Origin: Candidatus Lokiarchaeum ossiferum
GTDB taxonomy: Archaea; Asgardarchaeota; Lokiarchaeia; Sigyniarchaeales; Promethearchaeaceae
Direction: 5' to 3'
Assembly: GCA_025839675.1 (NCBI GenBank)
Contig: CP104013.1
Span: forward strand, 210,001 to 242,000
DNA: 32,000 nucleotides
Numbering within the stretch: the first letter of the stretch is position 1; each line of letters opens with the position of its first letter. This document shows positions 1 to 9,565 of the stretch, piece after piece. The notes under the pieces are model-generated. The model did not search any database and had not been told where the DNA came from. It saw only the letters and a list, made by a program, of their open reading frames with translations. The position numbers and the translations under genes are program-made.

Positions 1-3000
1 ACATCATTCAAATCAATTGAGGTATTACTAACAGCGATTTTTTTAAAAGGTTCTAAATCATCACTAATATAAATTGAGATATTCCCGTCAAACTTAATTA
101 TCTCATTTGTACTGGCAAATGACTTCAAATTTGTCAAGCTTGTAATTGCTGCGGCCGTATCAGCAGTACTGCTCCAACCCCATTCATTTTTCTCATTTAG
201 CAAATATTCAATTGATTTTTGAATTATTGAAAAATGATCCAAATATCCATCTAGCGCCAGAGCCCAAACACAATAGGAGGTGATCTCAACATTATTACCA
301 AGATTTCTCCAATACCACCCAATACGGCCTGGATTGCTCCAATAGACAGTTCCATCCTTTGTATCACGCTCTAACAGAATATAATTAATTAAAGTGTCAC
401 AAAATGCAGTATTTTCAAAGCTCGAATTTTTAAATCCAAGATAATATAAGGCTGCCCCAAATGGACTTTGGTTATCGGCTGTTCCCCATAAATTTTGTAG
501 TGCAATATTGGCTTTTTGAATCGCTGTTGAAAGCGTTGATGTTAATGTTGGAGCAGAAAGTAAAGCTTTTGAAATATACGCTGTAGATTCAAAAAGGTTA
601 GAGCTTAAGTATTCAAACATCCATGTACCATCACTTTTTTGATTCCCAAGAATGAAGTCAATAGCTTTCGAAAATACACTTTCACTAATTGAAAAACCTG
701 CTGCATCAATTTGATATAGAGCAGAAAGAACTATCGCAGACATTTGAACTCGCGAGTTATCGTCAAACCACCATCCCCACCCTCCATCACTATGTTGAAA
801 TCCATAAATCCGATTTAGACCTTCGAAAATCATTTGAGTCATTTCCTGCTGTTGTGTAGAAGAAAGCATATTATTATCTTGAAGATATTTATAAATTTTT
901 GCCGTAGGAAGCAATTTAGACATGGTTTGCTCTACACACCCATACGGGTAACCAATGAGTGATTCCCAAGAGTCGATTGAGATATCCATTAAATCTGTAT
1001 AAAGTGCAATGGTTTCTTTATTGTAAATGCTTAAGGGATCAACAGTAAAATTAATTTGCGTCGAACCTAAAGTTGCATTCAAAAATCCTTTGGTAAAATT
1101 GATAAGTTCAAGACCATTGGGTTGTACATAAATATTCATAAGTTTAGCATCCGAGTAGACTTGGCCAGATATATTCGTCGCAGCTAATAAGGTTATATTA
1201 TTCATATAGGGATTTTCACAGTACAAAGAAAACTCAATTTCTGCGACATAGTCTTTCGGCACTAGTATTTGTTGGACTTCATTATTTAATACTGCAAATC
1301 CAGGCGCATCTATAGCCACATAAACATGAGTTGCTTCTTCCAAATAATTGTGTACATAGCCTTTAACTGATAAAATATCATCCTGATAAATTGGTTCCGC
1401 AATATCAAATTCAATGAAAAAGGGAAGATATGTTTTAATTTGAATGGTCTGAATTTCTCCCCATAACAGATTTCCTTCTTGGTCTGAATCATAATGATTT
1501 CCCACCGCACGAATTGTCCATTCCCCAATGTTATCAGGTAATTTAAATGTAAAATCAGTTGATTCCGTAATAATCAGGCTTGGGATCCAGTTTGCAGATT
1601 CCGATATGTTTTTTCGAATTTCTGTTTCAAAATTTGATAATAAATCATTAAAGCTTGGAGGTTCAATAGCTCGTTCCCCACCTTTTTGACTATTGGCATC
1701 ATCTGCCGCATAATCTGAAACCATTTCCATTGTATCATCAACAAAATATCTGTTCGGTATATAGATTCCTCCAGTGGAAGATCCATACCCAATCCACCAA
1801 TAACTTTCAGCACTAAATCCGGATCCCCATGAACTCCCGGAACCAATATAGGCATAATATGAAGATTGAGTGAAGTAGGCAAGTTCTGAATCATCCTCGG
1901 GCTCCACATCTAACACCGAACTATCAATAAATGAGAGTGATACAAGGGTTGGATGATTATCATTGGGAGATATTGTCAACGTTATCGTATCTCCCGGTTC
2001 ATAAATTTCTTTATCCGTTTCTAGAGTGAAGCCTGTATCATAGGAAATATGGGCAACAATTGCTTCTTCATACAATCGTCCCGTTGTAGAAATAGAATAC
2101 ACCATAATTGTAAAATCTGGACCCAAAGAAGAAGTTATAGGCAGATTATAATCAAAATTTCCTCCATTTAGGAGCAATTTTTCAGAAAATAACAACCCCC
2201 GTTTATAGATTTCTATATATACAGGCAAATTTGACGGGATCGGAATGTTACCAGAAATCGATAATATATCACCCAAGGTCACTTGAATTTCTTTTCGTTC
2301 CGTATCAATTATAGTTCCATTCGAATTAAGAGTGATAGCAAAATCTTCCCCCACTGTAAAAGTTAAATAAGCGGAGTGATAATTATAACCACCATAGAAA
2401 TCTGTTGAAGGAGAATATACATAAGAATAGATTCTGTATTCTCCTGTTGGAGCATAATCTGATAAATAAACTTCTATATTTTCTTCTCCTGTCAATTCTA
2501 CATATTTTTCGCCCAAAAGTTGATATTCTGAATCGTATAAATAAATATATCCTTGCCCAGTTTCTTCTTCTTTTGTAATTATGTCATGAAAACTCATTGT
2601 TAGTGATAAATTATCTCCTGGATTAATTGCAACTGTGGAGGGTTCTAGATCCAACGAATATTTTTGAAATCGGAAATAAGTCGAAGATTCAGTTTCTCTT
2701 TGATCTTCCAATGAGACAGAAATTTTAACCTCAAATAAATTATATAAACCAATTTTTGCTTCCGGTATATTAAAGATTAATTTGCCTGATCCATATATAT
2801 TGGTGGTTGCTTGATAAGAATCGATCAATCGTCCCTTACCAATATCAACAAGATAGTTAACAAATTTAAAATGACCAAAAACTTCAATGGTGACCGTTAA
2901 GTTGGCCAAAGGATTATAATCATAGTTCCAATAATAATCTCCACTCCGATCGTTTAATATCAATTGATAAGCTGAAAAGTGATACTCGAGTTCATCAGCT

Positions 3001-4658
3001 GGATTAGGCGCCCAATCTGTTAAATATCCATAGGCATATAGCTCTTCAATGCGAGTGAATTGTTTGCTTGTAAATGCTTCCCTATTATACTGATCTATTA
3101 CTTCTACTTCCGCTTTGAAGGAATAATCGAGTTCTTCAAACTCTGCAAGATTTACTGAAAACTCAAGGTTACCCATGCTATTGGTCTTTCCTTCAACTTG
3201 AGTAACTATGGTTTCCGTATAATCTTTTAAAACCATAATAACAGAAGCATCCACTACAGGTTGCCCAAAATAATATTCCACATGAATTTTACCTTCAAAC
3301 AACTCGCTGGTTCCAAATATGTTAAAATTTTTATTAGGATAGAAATCTCTTCCGTTTGTATCAATTTCCACTCGAAACACTGGTTTTACATAATATTGGA
3401 CTTTAATATCATATCTATATTGGATATCCTCTATTTCAAAAGTGATCCCATATAAACCAAGATCACAATCCTCGTCAAATGGTATTTGATAAAGCAAAAC
3501 CCCATTTTGGTCCGATACAATATTATCCCAAAAGATATCCATCTCATCCGGATTTGAGAGAGTAATCTGAACAGGAAAGTTTTTCAAAATCGTTTTCGTT
3601 TCATTCATGAAAGAGTATTGAAGTATAAGTGCTCTGAGATTAACCACATCTCCTGGATTATAAATTGTTTTATCGGTGGTCACTACAAATTGATATTGAT
3701 CTAAATTGGATTCCTGTTCTCCACCCCAAAGTGAATAATAATAATAATCCCACGATTTGTAAATAAAAGTAGAATACTTGGCTGAATTATCGAGCGTTTT
3801 AATCGTTAAACGAATTGAATAATAATAACTTTCTTGGGAAAGAAATTCCGCTGATATAATAGCATATCCATAAACATCAGTTTGTGTTGTTTCAGTTGAA
3901 ATATCTTCCCATGCTTCTAGACTATAGTTATAATATGACAAAGAATATGTAAAATCAATATTGCTTAGAGAGGAATAATCCGTCAGATTTACTATTTGGA
4001 CTGCTGCCTTATAATCGTTGTTATCCATAAAATAACGCGGACCCTTACAAAAAATTCCAACATCCCCAATCGTAAATTCTTTATATGCATCATTTCCACC
4101 ATCGGTGTAAGCAAAAATTGTGTAAATCCCGAGATTGGCTGTATTGGATAGTGTGTAACTTGCTTCTCCATTACTATTGGTTTGAACGGTAAAAGTTTCA
4201 ACTGGTGTAGATACTTCATAATAATTATTGTAATAATAATACCAATTTCGATAGTATCCAGAATAAATTGAAACATGAATGGCTTCATTTGCAGCAGGAA
4301 CTAAATTATCGGTAAGATAAAATTTCATGTTCAGAGCTTCATTTGGAATAATAGCATTTTTATCGAGATAAATACTTAAAGCTTCATAGTCGGAATAATC
4401 TGCTGATTTAGGTGTTTGAAGCGATTCCTCTTCATTATTATCGTCGGAAAGTAGAGGTGTTGTTTCTTGTACCTTAAAATAATAAGGTGATGAATGACTC
4501 GGCAATTCCTGTTCTAATTCAGGATGAATTATACCTGCTTGTGAATTTTGATCTTTTTCAATAATTGAATTTCCTAACCCCAAGGATAAAAATTGAATCA
4601 TAATCATTAGGAAACATAATATCGTTTCCTTCTGTGATAAAAGTTTAAATTTTTTCAT
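1..4658 (-). CDS. alpha-2-macroglobulin-like, thioester-containing large secreted protein (C-terminal part lies beyond the left window edge)
   Basis: The minus-strand frame is uninterrupted from the ATG at 4658-4656 to the window edge. It is missing from the ORF track because no stop falls in the window. N-terminal hydrophobic signal/anchor MKKFKLLSQKETILCFLMIMIQFLSLGLG. MG-domain signatures TDKxIYxPGD recur (FTLETDKEIYEPGDTITL at ~1971-2030; VTTDKTIYNPGDV at ~3650). Thioester motif GYPYGCVEQ (CVEQ codons 927-938) is followed by TED-like sequence (FQHSDGGWGWW). Confidence 0.85.
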   Translation of the reverse strand, partial: MKKFKLLSQKETILCFLMIMIQFLSLGLGNSIIEKDQNSQAGIIHPELEQELPSHSSPYYFKVQETTPLLSDDNNEEESLQTPKSADYSDYEALSIYLDKNAIIPNEALNMKFYLTDNLVPAANEAIHVSIYSGYYRNWYYYYNNYYEVSTPVETFTVQTNSNGEASYTLSNTANLGIYTIFAYTDGGNDAYKEFTIGDVGIFCKGPRYFMDNNDYKAAVQIVNLTDYSSLSNIDFTYSLSYYNYSLEAWEDISTETTQTDVYGYAIISAEFLSQESYYYSIRLTIKTLDNSAKYSTFIYKSWDYYYYSLWGGEQESNLDQYQFVVTTDKTIYNPGDVVNLRALILQYSFMNETKTILKNFPVQITLSNPDEMDIFWDNIVSDQNGVLLYQIPFDEDCDLGLYGITFEIEDIQYRYDIKVQYYVKPVFRVEIDTNGRDFYPNKNFNIFGTSELFEGKIHVEYYFGQPVVDASVIMVLKDYTETIVTQVEGKTNSMGNLEFSVNLAEFEELDYSFKAEVEVIDQYNREAFTSKQFTRIEELYAYGYLTDWAPNPADELEYHFSAYQLILNDRSGDYYWNYDYNPLANLTVTIEVFGHFKFVNYLVDIGKGRLIDSYQATTNIYGSGKLIFNIPEAKIGLYNLFEVKISVSLEDQRETESSTYFRFQKYSLDLEPSTVAINPGDNLSLTMSFHDIITKEEETGQGYIYLYDSEYQLLGEKYVELTGEENIEVYLSDYAPTGEYRIYSYVYSPSTDFYGGYNYHSAYLTFTVGEDFAITLNSNGTIIDTERKEIQVTLGDILSISGNIPIPSNLPVYIEIYKRGLLFSEKLLLNGGNFDYNLPITSSLGPDFTIMVYSISTTGRLYEEAIVAHISYDTGFTLETDKEIYEPGDTITLTISPNDNHPTLVSLSFIDSSVLDVEPEDDSELAYFTQSSYYAYIGSGSSWGSGFSAESYWWIGYGSSTGGIYIPNRYFVDDTMEMVSDYAADDANSQKGGERAIEPPSFNDLLSNFETEIRKNISESANWIPSLIITESTDFTFKLPDNIGEWTIRAVGNHYDSDQEGNLLWGEIQTIQIKTYLPFFIEFDIAEPIYQDDILSVKGYVHNYLEEATHVYVAIDAPGFAVLNNEVQQILVPKDYVAEIEFSLYCENPYMNNITLLAATNISGQVYSDAKLMNIYVQPNGLELINFTKGFLNATLGSTQINFTVDPLSIYNKETIALYTDLMDISIDSWESLIGYPYGCVEQTMSKLLPTAKIYKYLQDNNMLSSTQQQEMTQMIFEGLNRIYGFQHSDGGWGWWFDDNSRVQMSAIVLSALYQIDAAGFSISESVFSKAIDFILGNQKSDGTWMFEYLSSNLFESTAYISKALLSAPTLTSTLSTAIQKANIALQNLWGTADNQSPFGAALYYLGFKNSSFENTAFCDTLINYILLERDTKDGTVYWSNPGRIGWYWRNLGNNVEITSYCVWALALDGYLDHFSIIQKSIEYLLNEKNEWGWSSTADTAAAITSLTNLKSFASTNEIIKFDGNISIYISDDLEPFKKIAVSNTSIDLND

Positions 4659-4914
4659 TTTTCCGTTATTCCTAAATTGTGATTAAGTAAGATTTAGGGT
4701 AATACAACTTAATGCTACAGATTAGAACACCAAAAAAAAAGGGAGAACAATTTGAAATTAGTATACTTCCGTTAATTTTTATTAAATTTTAAGGTTGATT
4801 TCAGCAATATTATTTAAATTTTATAATCTTGAGGATAATAGAGACAAATTTTAAGTGATTGAATCGAAAATGGCTTGTATTTAACTATAAATTTACTATC
4901 GCTCATTAACTTCT

Positions 4915-5379
4915 TTAAATAGGCTTATTTTGATAGTGTACCCACACATCCCACCAAGTATATAAGGTTATCAACCCACCAAATAAAAATACAAACAGAC
5001 TATCTTTTCCCCAAAAAGAAAATATGAATATGAGATATCCTATGAAAAGAACTGAAAAGAAAACGGCTGCAAATAAGACTTTTGGTAATAATCTCCGTCC
5101 AATTAAAATCCACGATGTTAAAACTGGCAGATCTGCTTTTTTAATTAAATAATAAACCCCATTTCGATTTTCAACCAATTTTAAATCGGTTAATTTTTCC
5201 AAATGATATCGTGCTACACTTGGGCTTGATAAATCTAAATGTCTCTGCAGTTCTCTTACGCCTATTTTTATTTTGTTAAGTAATACAAAATAAATCATAA
5301 GAGTTCTTCCATTTAGTTTCTTAAGAACTTCTTGACGGTTTAAAGCTTTTTCTTTAGACAGATTAGTAATGGATTTCAT
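4915..5379 (-). CDS. membrane-anchored winged-helix (ArsR-like) transcriptional regulator
   Basis: 154-aa ORF. The N-terminal wHTH-like segment is GVRELQRHLDLSSPSVARYHLEKLTDLKLVE. It is followed by hydrophobic helices (LLPKVLFAAVFFSVLFIGYLIFIF; LFVFLFGGLITLYTWW). Confidence 0.6.
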   Translation of the reverse strand: MKSITNLSKEKALNRQEVLKKLNGRTLMIYFVLLNKIKIGVRELQRHLDLSSPSVARYHLEKLTDLKLVENRNGVYYLIKKADLPVLTSWILIGRRLLPKVLFAAVFFSVLFIGYLIFIFSFWGKDSLFVFLFGGLITLYTWWDVWVHYQNKPI

Positions 5380-5472
5380 TTTAATCGAAATATAATAGAT
5401 CCTTTGTTATATTTTGATAAAAACTCTGAGGTAATAAATTCGAACAAAAAAAGAAAAGGAAGAAAAAAAAAT

Positions 5473-6042
5473 CTAGTTGAGAATTTCGCCTTCGGCAGGT
5501 TCTGGAAACCCTTTTTTGATAATTTTACCCAAGGTGATTATTCGATTTTCATCTTGTGATGGATCTACTTCTCTCACAAATATTGCCCCCTTTGGACAAT
5601 ATTCAACACATTGAGGTTTATCGAATTCGGTAGATTCACATAAATCACAAGTGATTGCTTGTTTGTTTTTAGTATGAATAGTGATGGCTCCATATTCGCA
5701 AAAACGAACACATGCCCCACATCCATCACATTTATTGTAATCTATTTTAATTACACCAGTTTCATCATTTTTAGTTATAATTCCAAGAGGACAAGCTGAA
5801 ACACAACTTGGATTAAAACATGACACACAGCTAATGGTTGCATTAATTATTGGTTCTAAACGAATTCGGTGAATACGGGCATTTAATGGATTAAATTCTC
5901 CATCATGCACCATTGAGCAGACGGACTCACAAATTTCACAACCTGTGCATCTTCGTTCATCCACAACAAGAATTTCATGCATTTTAACTTCTTCAGTAGG
6001 TTTAGTTTTTGTTGCCATTTTTTTCCACCTATATCTTTCCAA
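5473..6042 (-). CDS. 4x[4Fe-4S] ferredoxin-type electron-transfer subunit (AorA-like partner of AOR)
   Basis: Four Cys clusters: CTGCEICESVC, CVSCFNPSCVSACP, CDGCGACVRFC and CDLC...CVEYCP. The ORF overlaps the aor stop by 14 nt. A more likely start is the ATG at 6018 (MATKTK), preceded by AGGTGG. Confidence 0.85.
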   Translation of the reverse strand: MERYRWKKMATKTKPTEEVKMHEILVVDERRCTGCEICESVCSMVHDGEFNPLNARIHRIRLEPIINATISCVSCFNPSCVSACPLGIITKNDETGVIKIDYNKCDGCGACVRFCEYGAITIHTKNKQAITCDLCESTEFDKPQCVEYCPKGAIFVREVDPSQDENRIITLGKIIKKGFPEPAEGEILN

Positions 6043-7915
6043 TTACAAATTCTAATCCGCGCTCTTTAAGCGCCTTTTCTGTTGGAACCCCATGTTCGTC
6101 CCAATCATGAACTTTGTAATAGGATAATATTGCTTTTTTGAATTCCTTTTCATCATTAAACCAACCCTTTGTTGGGCCATCAGTATTTGGTTCATTGAAA
6201 TTTCTCCATGGCAATGTGTCTTCCGAAGCTGGATCAATACCTTCAAATTTGCATTCACGAATATTGAAACATTTTGCGAGATCATGAATTCGAGTTCCGC
6301 ACATCTCCAGTTCTTCACCATTCATTGGGATTCCGGTGACCATCTCATAAACTTCTGCAACTTCTGGAATACCCCGATGATAAATGCCCCGTGTAAATTT
6401 ACAAACAACGAGGGAATCAATAACGGCGAGGTAATTTTCCATTCCCATCAAATCTTTTCCACGTTTTTCTGCTTGGTCATATTTAGAGCGGTCGTATTTC
6501 TTTTTCATGTCGTATCCATAAGATCCACTTCGTAAATGACACGCTCCTCGCACTGAGACTGCAAAACCAATTGATGCGGTAGATAAACCTTTCAATTCAT
6601 ATCCTGGAATTCCGACTCCTTTAATTTGCATTGCATATCGAATAGAATCATTACCCAGTTTTAATGCAGCTCCACGAGAACCTTCTGCCAAAATATCTCC
6701 TGCAGGTGTGGACCGTAAGCAAATATCTTCGATCATTTGGACCATGGCTTTTCCATCGCCCCAATTGAAGCCATCTTTGTAGACTGGATTATCTCCTAAC
6801 ATTTCTTTGGTAATTAATCCTTTTTCATATGCTTCCATACCAAAACCAAGAGTAATTCCTCCAGACATTGTGTCAATTCCATATCTATCGCATAATTCTA
6901 CACCTTTTATGATGGCGGCAAAATCATCAACCATGCACACGGGTCCTAAGGCATAAATACTTTCAAAATCAACACTTGATACTACGTTTGGCCAATCTTT
7001 ATGATCCTTGGGTATTCCGCAAAGGTGATCGCATGCAATTGGACATTGGGAACATCCTGTTTTTTTAACAACCCATTTCTCATCCATTGTTTCTCCAGAA
7101 ACTTTATCAGCCGTTTCAAAAAAGCCCGTTTGGAAATTTTTTGTAGGTAATACTCCCAAATCGTTGAATTTCATAACATTGATTGGAGTTCCCAAATCTC
7201 GATATTTAATTGTATCTTTCCCATTGGCTAACTGAATCAATTCCTTGGCTTTAACCATAAATTCCTTTGGTTTGGCGACTTTAATTGGTTTGGATCCGCG
7301 GAATGCTAAGGCTTTGAGATTTTTAGATCCCATAACGGCACCCATTCCAGTTCTTCCCACTTGACGAGCACGATCATTAGTAATACATGCAAGCCTGCTA
7401 AGATTTTCTCCACCTTGGCCGCATCCCATAACAGCAATTCGTTGATCTCCAAACATATTTCGAATTTCTTCTTCCGTATGCCAGATATCAGTTCCCCATA
7501 GGGTATCTTTACACGGAATTATTTTTACAGCATCATCATCAAAGAAAATAAAGACCGGTTCTGGAGATTTTCCTGTAATTATTAAGAGATCAATCCCCGC
7601 CCTTCGCATTTGAGCTCCGACGGATCCAGAACTAATTCCGAACCCAATTCTTCGAGATGCTGGTGACTTGGCACCAACGGCATATTTTGATGATGTTGGA
7701 ACAATTGTCCCTGGAAATGGGCCAATTGCTACAATAAATGGGTTTTGAGGATCAAAAGGATCAATTCCTACTGGACATTCATCCCACAATATTTTGGTGA
7801 TGAACCCATATCCACCGATATAATTTTTGCAAAATTCTTTATCTAATTTTTCTTTTTTAACTGTTCCGGTAGTTAAATCAATCCGGACACATATTTGAGT
7901 GTAAGCTTCAACCAT
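6029..7915 (-). CDS. aor: tungsten-type aldehyde:ferredoxin oxidoreductase (AOR family)
   Basis: 628-aa ORF with AOR-family length and layout. The N-terminal domain reads YIGGYGFITKILWDE...GPFPGT. It also has CSQCPIACDH Fe-S ligands and a C-terminal AOR domain. It is translationally coupled to a polyferredoxin. Confidence 0.9.
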   Translation of the reverse strand: MVEAYTQICVRIDLTTGTVKKEKLDKEFCKNYIGGYGFITKILWDECPVGIDPFDPQNPFIVAIGPFPGTIVPTSSKYAVGAKSPASRRIGFGISSGSVGAQMRRAGIDLLIITGKSPEPVFIFFDDDAVKIIPCKDTLWGTDIWHTEEEIRNMFGDQRIAVMGCGQGGENLSRLACITNDRARQVGRTGMGAVMGSKNLKALAFRGSKPIKVAKPKEFMVKAKELIQLANGKDTIKYRDLGTPINVMKFNDLGVLPTKNFQTGFFETADKVSGETMDEKWVVKKTGCSQCPIACDHLCGIPKDHKDWPNVVSSVDFESIYALGPVCMVDDFAAIIKGVELCDRYGIDTMSGGITLGFGMEAYEKGLITKEMLGDNPVYKDGFNWGDGKAMVQMIEDICLRSTPAGDILAEGSRGAALKLGNDSIRYAMQIKGVGIPGYELKGLSTASIGFAVSVRGACHLRSGSYGYDMKKKYDRSKYDQAEKRGKDLMGMENYLAVIDSLVVCKFTRGIYHRGIPEVAEVYEMVTGIPMNGEELEMCGTRIHDLAKCFNIRECKFEGIDPASEDTLPWRNFNEPNTDGPTKGWFNDEKEFKKAILSYYKVHDWDEHGVPTEKALKERGLEFVIGKI

Positions 7916-7928
7916 TTCATATCCACCT

Positions 7929-9008
7929 TTATAATCGATTATTTACTCCATAAAAAATCTTCGTTCCATTATAATGGTTCATGATATCTGTAATAATTGA
8001 TTTCATGTTTTCTTTTATCGAAGATCCAAAATCAGTCGGTACTAATTGGGCATCAGAAATGATCTTATTACGTGTTTCTACTTCAATTTTATCATTAATT
8101 ATCCATGTTGGTAACATTTCTTGAACCCATTTCCGCATTTCATCTTTGTTTAATTCTTTAATCGCATTAGGGACTAATTCTCGCAATTGAACAATAATAC
8201 TTTGAATATAATCCATGGAAAAAGGTTTGCCTCCTTCCAAAGCAATTAATAATTCTTCCATATAGGGTTCCCTATTGAAAGTATCTAAAGAACCAATTAT
8301 TGTTTTAATTGTTCCATCCAAAAATTCATCTTGTTCTAGTTTATCGGGGAATAAAACCGCAGTACTCAAATAATAATTAATTTGTGCAATTTTCCGGTTA
8401 TCCCAGAATTCTTTTCCAAGAGGATCCATGTTTTTAATTTTTTCAACAATTGTGTCGACCATAGCAAAAATTTTGTCATCGTTTGCGGTCGTATCATTGC
8501 TGCGAATAATTGTTTCAATTTGACCAACTTGAGATTTGATTGCAACTGGTTTCACAGTTAATAATTTAAACATTTCTGCAGTTTTCTTCTCATCTAATTC
8601 AAGTATCATGCGATTAATTTTAGTTAAAAATCCCAGAGAAATTAAAAATTGTTTAAACTCTGTATCTTCGGGTACATCGATACTTATAGATTTTAATTCA
8701 TCTAACCCAAAGTATTCGAGCAGCTTAATGAAGGTGAAATCTAAGATTCCTCGATAAGAGTGAGATTTGTTAATTCCCGCGGGACCAAAACGAAGTTCTG
8801 AGCCGACTTTTTCAATTCCCACAAACATCCCAATGTGAATTGTATTTGCATACACATCAACAATCTCGGTTGTGGTTTTTCGGGGGCGTTTCGTTATTCG
8901 TATTTTTTCCTTGTCGCCAAAATTTATCTCAATCGGAAAATATTCTTTAGATTTGAAGAATTTGGATGCAAGGTTTTGTGATTCTGCTGTTATTTTTAAG
9001 CACCTCAA
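7929..9008 (-). CDS. hypothetical protein (359 aa) co-oriented with and 13 nt upstream of aor
   Basis: Long ORF with protein-like composition. I recognise no motif. The only start near the 5' end is TTG at 9008, so the exact start is uncertain. Confidence 0.6.
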   Translation of the reverse strand: MRCLKITAESQNLASKFFKSKEYFPIEINFGDKEKIRITKRPRKTTTEIVDVYANTIHIGMFVGIEKVGSELRFGPAGINKSHSYRGILDFTFIKLLEYFGLDELKSISIDVPEDTEFKQFLISLGFLTKINRMILELDEKKTAEMFKLLTVKPVAIKSQVGQIETIIRSNDTTANDDKIFAMVDTIVEKIKNMDPLGKEFWDNRKIAQINYYLSTAVLFPDKLEQDEFLDGTIKTIIGSLDTFNREPYMEELLIALEGGKPFSMDYIQSIIVQLRELVPNAIKELNKDEMRKWVQEMLPTWIINDKIEVETRNKIISDAQLVPTDFGSSIKENMKSIITDIMNHYNGTKIFYGVNNRL

Positions 9009-9049
9009 TATAGGAATTTAATATTGATTTATTTGATTTGATCAATACA

Positions 9050-9093
9050 TGATGGAAAAAAAGCATTTTTAGTTTGAGCCATCACTCAAACTA
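9050..9093 (-). terminator. hairpin plus oligo-U downstream of mvhD
   Basis: A 9-bp inverted repeat TAGTTTGAG/CTCAAACTA (9070-9078 / 9085-9093) overlaps the mvhD stop codon. On the transcribed (minus) strand a U7 run follows it (plus-strand A7 at 9056-9062). Confidence 0.5.
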
Positions 9094-9564
9094 GTGTTTT
9101 TTCTTTAATGGATTTGGCCCCAATTTCTTAAGACCCGCTGTATATTCATGGACTATTTCGGTAAGTTCTGCGCCTTCGCTAGCAGAAATATGTCGGAGCC
9201 AAACACGATTAGGATCAATTCCAAACTGTTGAATATATTCTTGAACCAAAGGCATACGTCGAACTGTCTTGTAATTACCATTTACATAATGACAATCGCC
9301 AATGTGACATGCTCCAATGAGAACACCGTCTGCACCTCGTTTTAAAGCTTCCAATACCATTTCAGGTTCTACTCGTCCAGAACACATCACCCTCATAACG
9401 CGTAAATTTGCTGGGCGTTGCATTCTTGAAGTTCCCGCTTGATCACAACCTGTATAGGTGCACCAGTTGCAAAAAATACCTAATATAAATGGTTCAAATT
9501 CTTCTGCTTCCACACCTGATTCAGTTGAAATTATTTCTTCATTTTTAATGCTATCTGCGGTCAT
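9091..9564 (-). CDS. mvhD: methyl-viologen-reducing hydrogenase delta subunit homologue (MvhD/FlpD)
   Basis: Sequence FCNWCTYTGCDQAG...RVMCSGRVEPEMVLEALKRGADGVLIGACHIGDCHY is the typical MvhD domain. The start lies 1 nt after the hdrA stop. Confidence 0.9.
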   Translation of the reverse strand: MTADSIKNEEIISTESGVEAEEFEPFILGIFCNWCTYTGCDQAGTSRMQRPANLRVMRVMCSGRVEPEMVLEALKRGADGVLIGACHIGDCHYVNGNYKTVRRMPLVQEYIQQFGIDPNRVWLRHISASEGAELTEIVHEYTAGLKKLGPNPLKKKH

Positions 9565-9565
9565 T

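Noticed and set aside
1310-4288. Track ORFs 1310-1528, 1574-1909, 3261-3455 and 3992-4288.
   Set aside because: All lie inside the long A2M-like minus-strand gene, in other frames or on the other strand, and have low-complexity sequences. They are shadow ORFs.
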